Shown here in pieces: positions 25,329 to 26,792 of a DNA stretch of 26,792 bases. Numbering within the stretch: the first letter of the stretch is position 1; every line of letters starts with the position of its first letter. The position numbers and the translations under genes are program-made. Origin of the DNA: Candidatus Anderseniibacteriota bacterium (GTDB lineage: Bacteria > Patescibacteriota > Andersenbacteria > UBA10190); contig QIFI01000066.1 of the NCBI GenBank assembly GCA_003229735.1, forward strand, positions 1 through 26,792. Direction: 5' to 3'. The notes under the pieces are model-generated. The model was given only the letters and a program-made list of their open reading frames with translations. It was not told the DNA's origin and did no database searches.

Positions 25329-26399
25329 CTAGTCATTTTCTCCCAACTGTTTCTCTTTCACGGCGCTCTGCAAATCCTTAAAAATTTGTCCCAGTCCGCC
25401 ATCCATAACTACCGGAATATTTCCCCATGATTGCTTAATTCTATGATCGGTAATCCTATCCTGCGGATAATTGTATGTCCTTATCTTCTCCGACCTATCG
25501 CCTGTGCCTACTTGAGACTTCCTGTCCGACGCCTCCTTCTGCTGACGCTCCGCTTCCTGGGCATCTAACAAGCGGGTTCTAAGCACGCTCATCGCCTTAG
25601 CCTTATTCTTATGCTGACTGCGCTCATCCTGCACTGCCGCAACTGTATTGGTTGGAATATGAGTAATTCGCACCGCGGAATCTGTCTTATTGACGTGCTG
25701 GCCACCAGCCCCGCTAGCCCGATATGTATCAATTTTTAAATCCTCCGGTTTTATTTCAATGTCAACTTCCTCCGCCGCCGGCATCACCGCCACCGTCACC
25801 GTGGAAGTATGAATTCGCCCCTGCTTCTCTGTCTCCGGCACTCTCTGCACTCGGTGCACCCCGCTCTCATACTTCAATGTCCCAAAAACATTTTTACCGC
25901 CAACCTCCGCCACCACTTCCTTATACCCCCCGGCCTCGCTCGAAGAAACGCTGACTACATGCACTTTCCAGCCTCTCTCCTCACCATATCTGCTATAAGC
26001 CCGAAATAACTCACTGGCGAATAGTCCCGCTTCGTCTCCCCCCGCTCCCGCCCTAATTTCCAATATTACATTCCGGCTGTCTCTGGGATCCCTGGGCAGT
26101 ATCAGGTTTTCTAACTCTTTCCCCAGCTCCGCCTCTTCTTTAACCAAACGATGCAAATCTTCCCTGGCCAGTTCCATCAACTCCTCATCGCCGCCGTCAG
26201 CCATAATAGCCTTCACCTCTTCCTTAGCCCGCTGATTTTTCTCCCACTTAGACGCCGCATCCAATAATTCCCGCTTATGCCCCAGTTCAGCCGATAATTC
26301 TTTCATCTTATTAGCATCACGTTGAACCGCCGGATCGCTCATTTGAGCCATCATAACTTCCACATCTTTACTCAATTCATTTTTCCGCGGCAATTCCAT
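25329..26399 (-). CDS. prfA: Peptide chain release factor 1
   Basis: EIRAGAGGDEA, GVHRVQRVPETE, GAGGQHVN, RSEKIRTYNYPQ.R.TDHRI. Confidence 0.96.
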   Translation of the reverse strand: MELPRKNELSKDVEVMMAQMSDPAVQRDANKMKELSAELGHKRELLDAASKWEKNQRAKEEVKAIMADGGDEELMELAREDLHRLVKEEAELGKELENLILPRDPRDSRNVILEIRAGAGGDEAGLFASELFRAYSRYGEERGWKVHVVSVSSSEAGGYKEVVAEVGGKNVFGTLKYESGVHRVQRVPETEKQGRIHTSTVTVAVMPAAEEVDIEIKPEDLKIDTYRASGAGGQHVNKTDSAVRITHIPTNTVAAVQDERSQHKNKAKAMSVLRTRLLDAQEAERQQKEASDRKSQVGTGDRSEKIRTYNYPQDRITDHRIKQSWGNIPVVMDGGLGQIFKDLQSAVKEKQLGEND

Positions 26400-26455
26400 A
26401 TATCTATTTTACCTTATCTTAAATATAGTCAATCAATTCCAGGCGTCTATGGCCA

Positions 26456-26562
26456 TCCCCAAAGGCGGGGATAAGAGTTTCCTCCCCCTCCTTGAGGGGG
26501 AGCTAGAGGGGGGTGAAAAGCGTTCCCCTCTCCCCACGTGGGGAGAGGGCCAGGGAGAGGGG
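26456..26562 (+). repeat. Small hairpin (26456-26472) plus two hairpin/G-tract elements (26481-26515, 26523-26562)
   Basis: CCTCCCCCTCCTTGAGGGGGAGCTAGAGGGG and TTCCCCTCTCCCCACGTGGGGAGAGGGCCAGGGAGAGGGG. Confidence 0.85.
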
Positions 26563-26653
26563 CGTCGCACAGCCAGTCCAGTCAACAACTTAACAATATA
26601 ATTATTCAACATTATATCGTAACGGAGCTGCTCACTACCAACTTACAAACTAC

Positions 26654-26792
26654 CTACCCGATTTTCACCGCCTTATCCTGCTGATCATCCTCGTCCGCCT
26701 CCTCATCCTTCCTGGCCGCCTTTTTCTCAATTGCCGCCTGCTCCTTTTTGGCCGCCCCCGCCCCCGCCATGCGCTTCTTGAATTTATCAATC
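26654..26792 (-). CDS. rpmE: 3' end of 50S ribosomal protein L31 with a charged extension (partial)
   Basis: ..IDKFKKRMAGAGAAKKEQAAIEKKAARKDEEADEDDQQDKAVKIG*. The DKFKKR end motif and the rpmE-prfA-prmC synteny both fit. Confidence 0.75.
   Translation of the reverse strand, partial: IDKFKKRMAGAGAAKKEQAAIEKKAARKDEEADEDDQQDKAVKIG

Noticed and set aside
1-26792. Alternative genetic code (UGA=Gly/Trp)
   Set aside because: TGA acts as a stop at ATGA-coupled junctions (2799, 7997), and long genes are intact in code 11.

Overview
Bacterial chromosomal window in the standard genetic code. It looks like a Patescibacteria/CPR genome (inference from a TGS-less ThrRS, mostly SD-less starts, FxLYD-like and baseplate-J-like membrane hypotheticals, and tandem GH130 genes). 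Left part (+ strand): a candidate structured RNA, two membrane proteins, then an 8-gene cysteine/histidine-rich redox and copper cluster (1758-8461). The cluster holds a GGCG-tailed peptide, a double-CxxC thioredoxin-like protein, a CPAC/PCC..C membrane fusion, CcdA, a CPD-type Cu ATPase, a rhodanese, and two small ORFs missed by the ORF track. Two double-domain GH130 genes follow. Right part: housekeeping genes (thrS, dnaE, rodA, rplY, prmC, prfA, 3' end of rpmE), an orphan RHH antitoxin-like gene and conserved hypotheticals. Nearly every long spacer there is filled by modular, strand-polarised repeats: hairpin plus G-tract elements, a 60-nt ATTAGC/ATTCGC unit, and heptamer arrays. Short palindromic elements have also entered genes. 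One sits between two copies of the dnaE 5' end and another is in frame in prmC. No CRISPR array, tRNA, rRNA or transposase was found. Family assignments come from motif recognition by eye; no searches were run.
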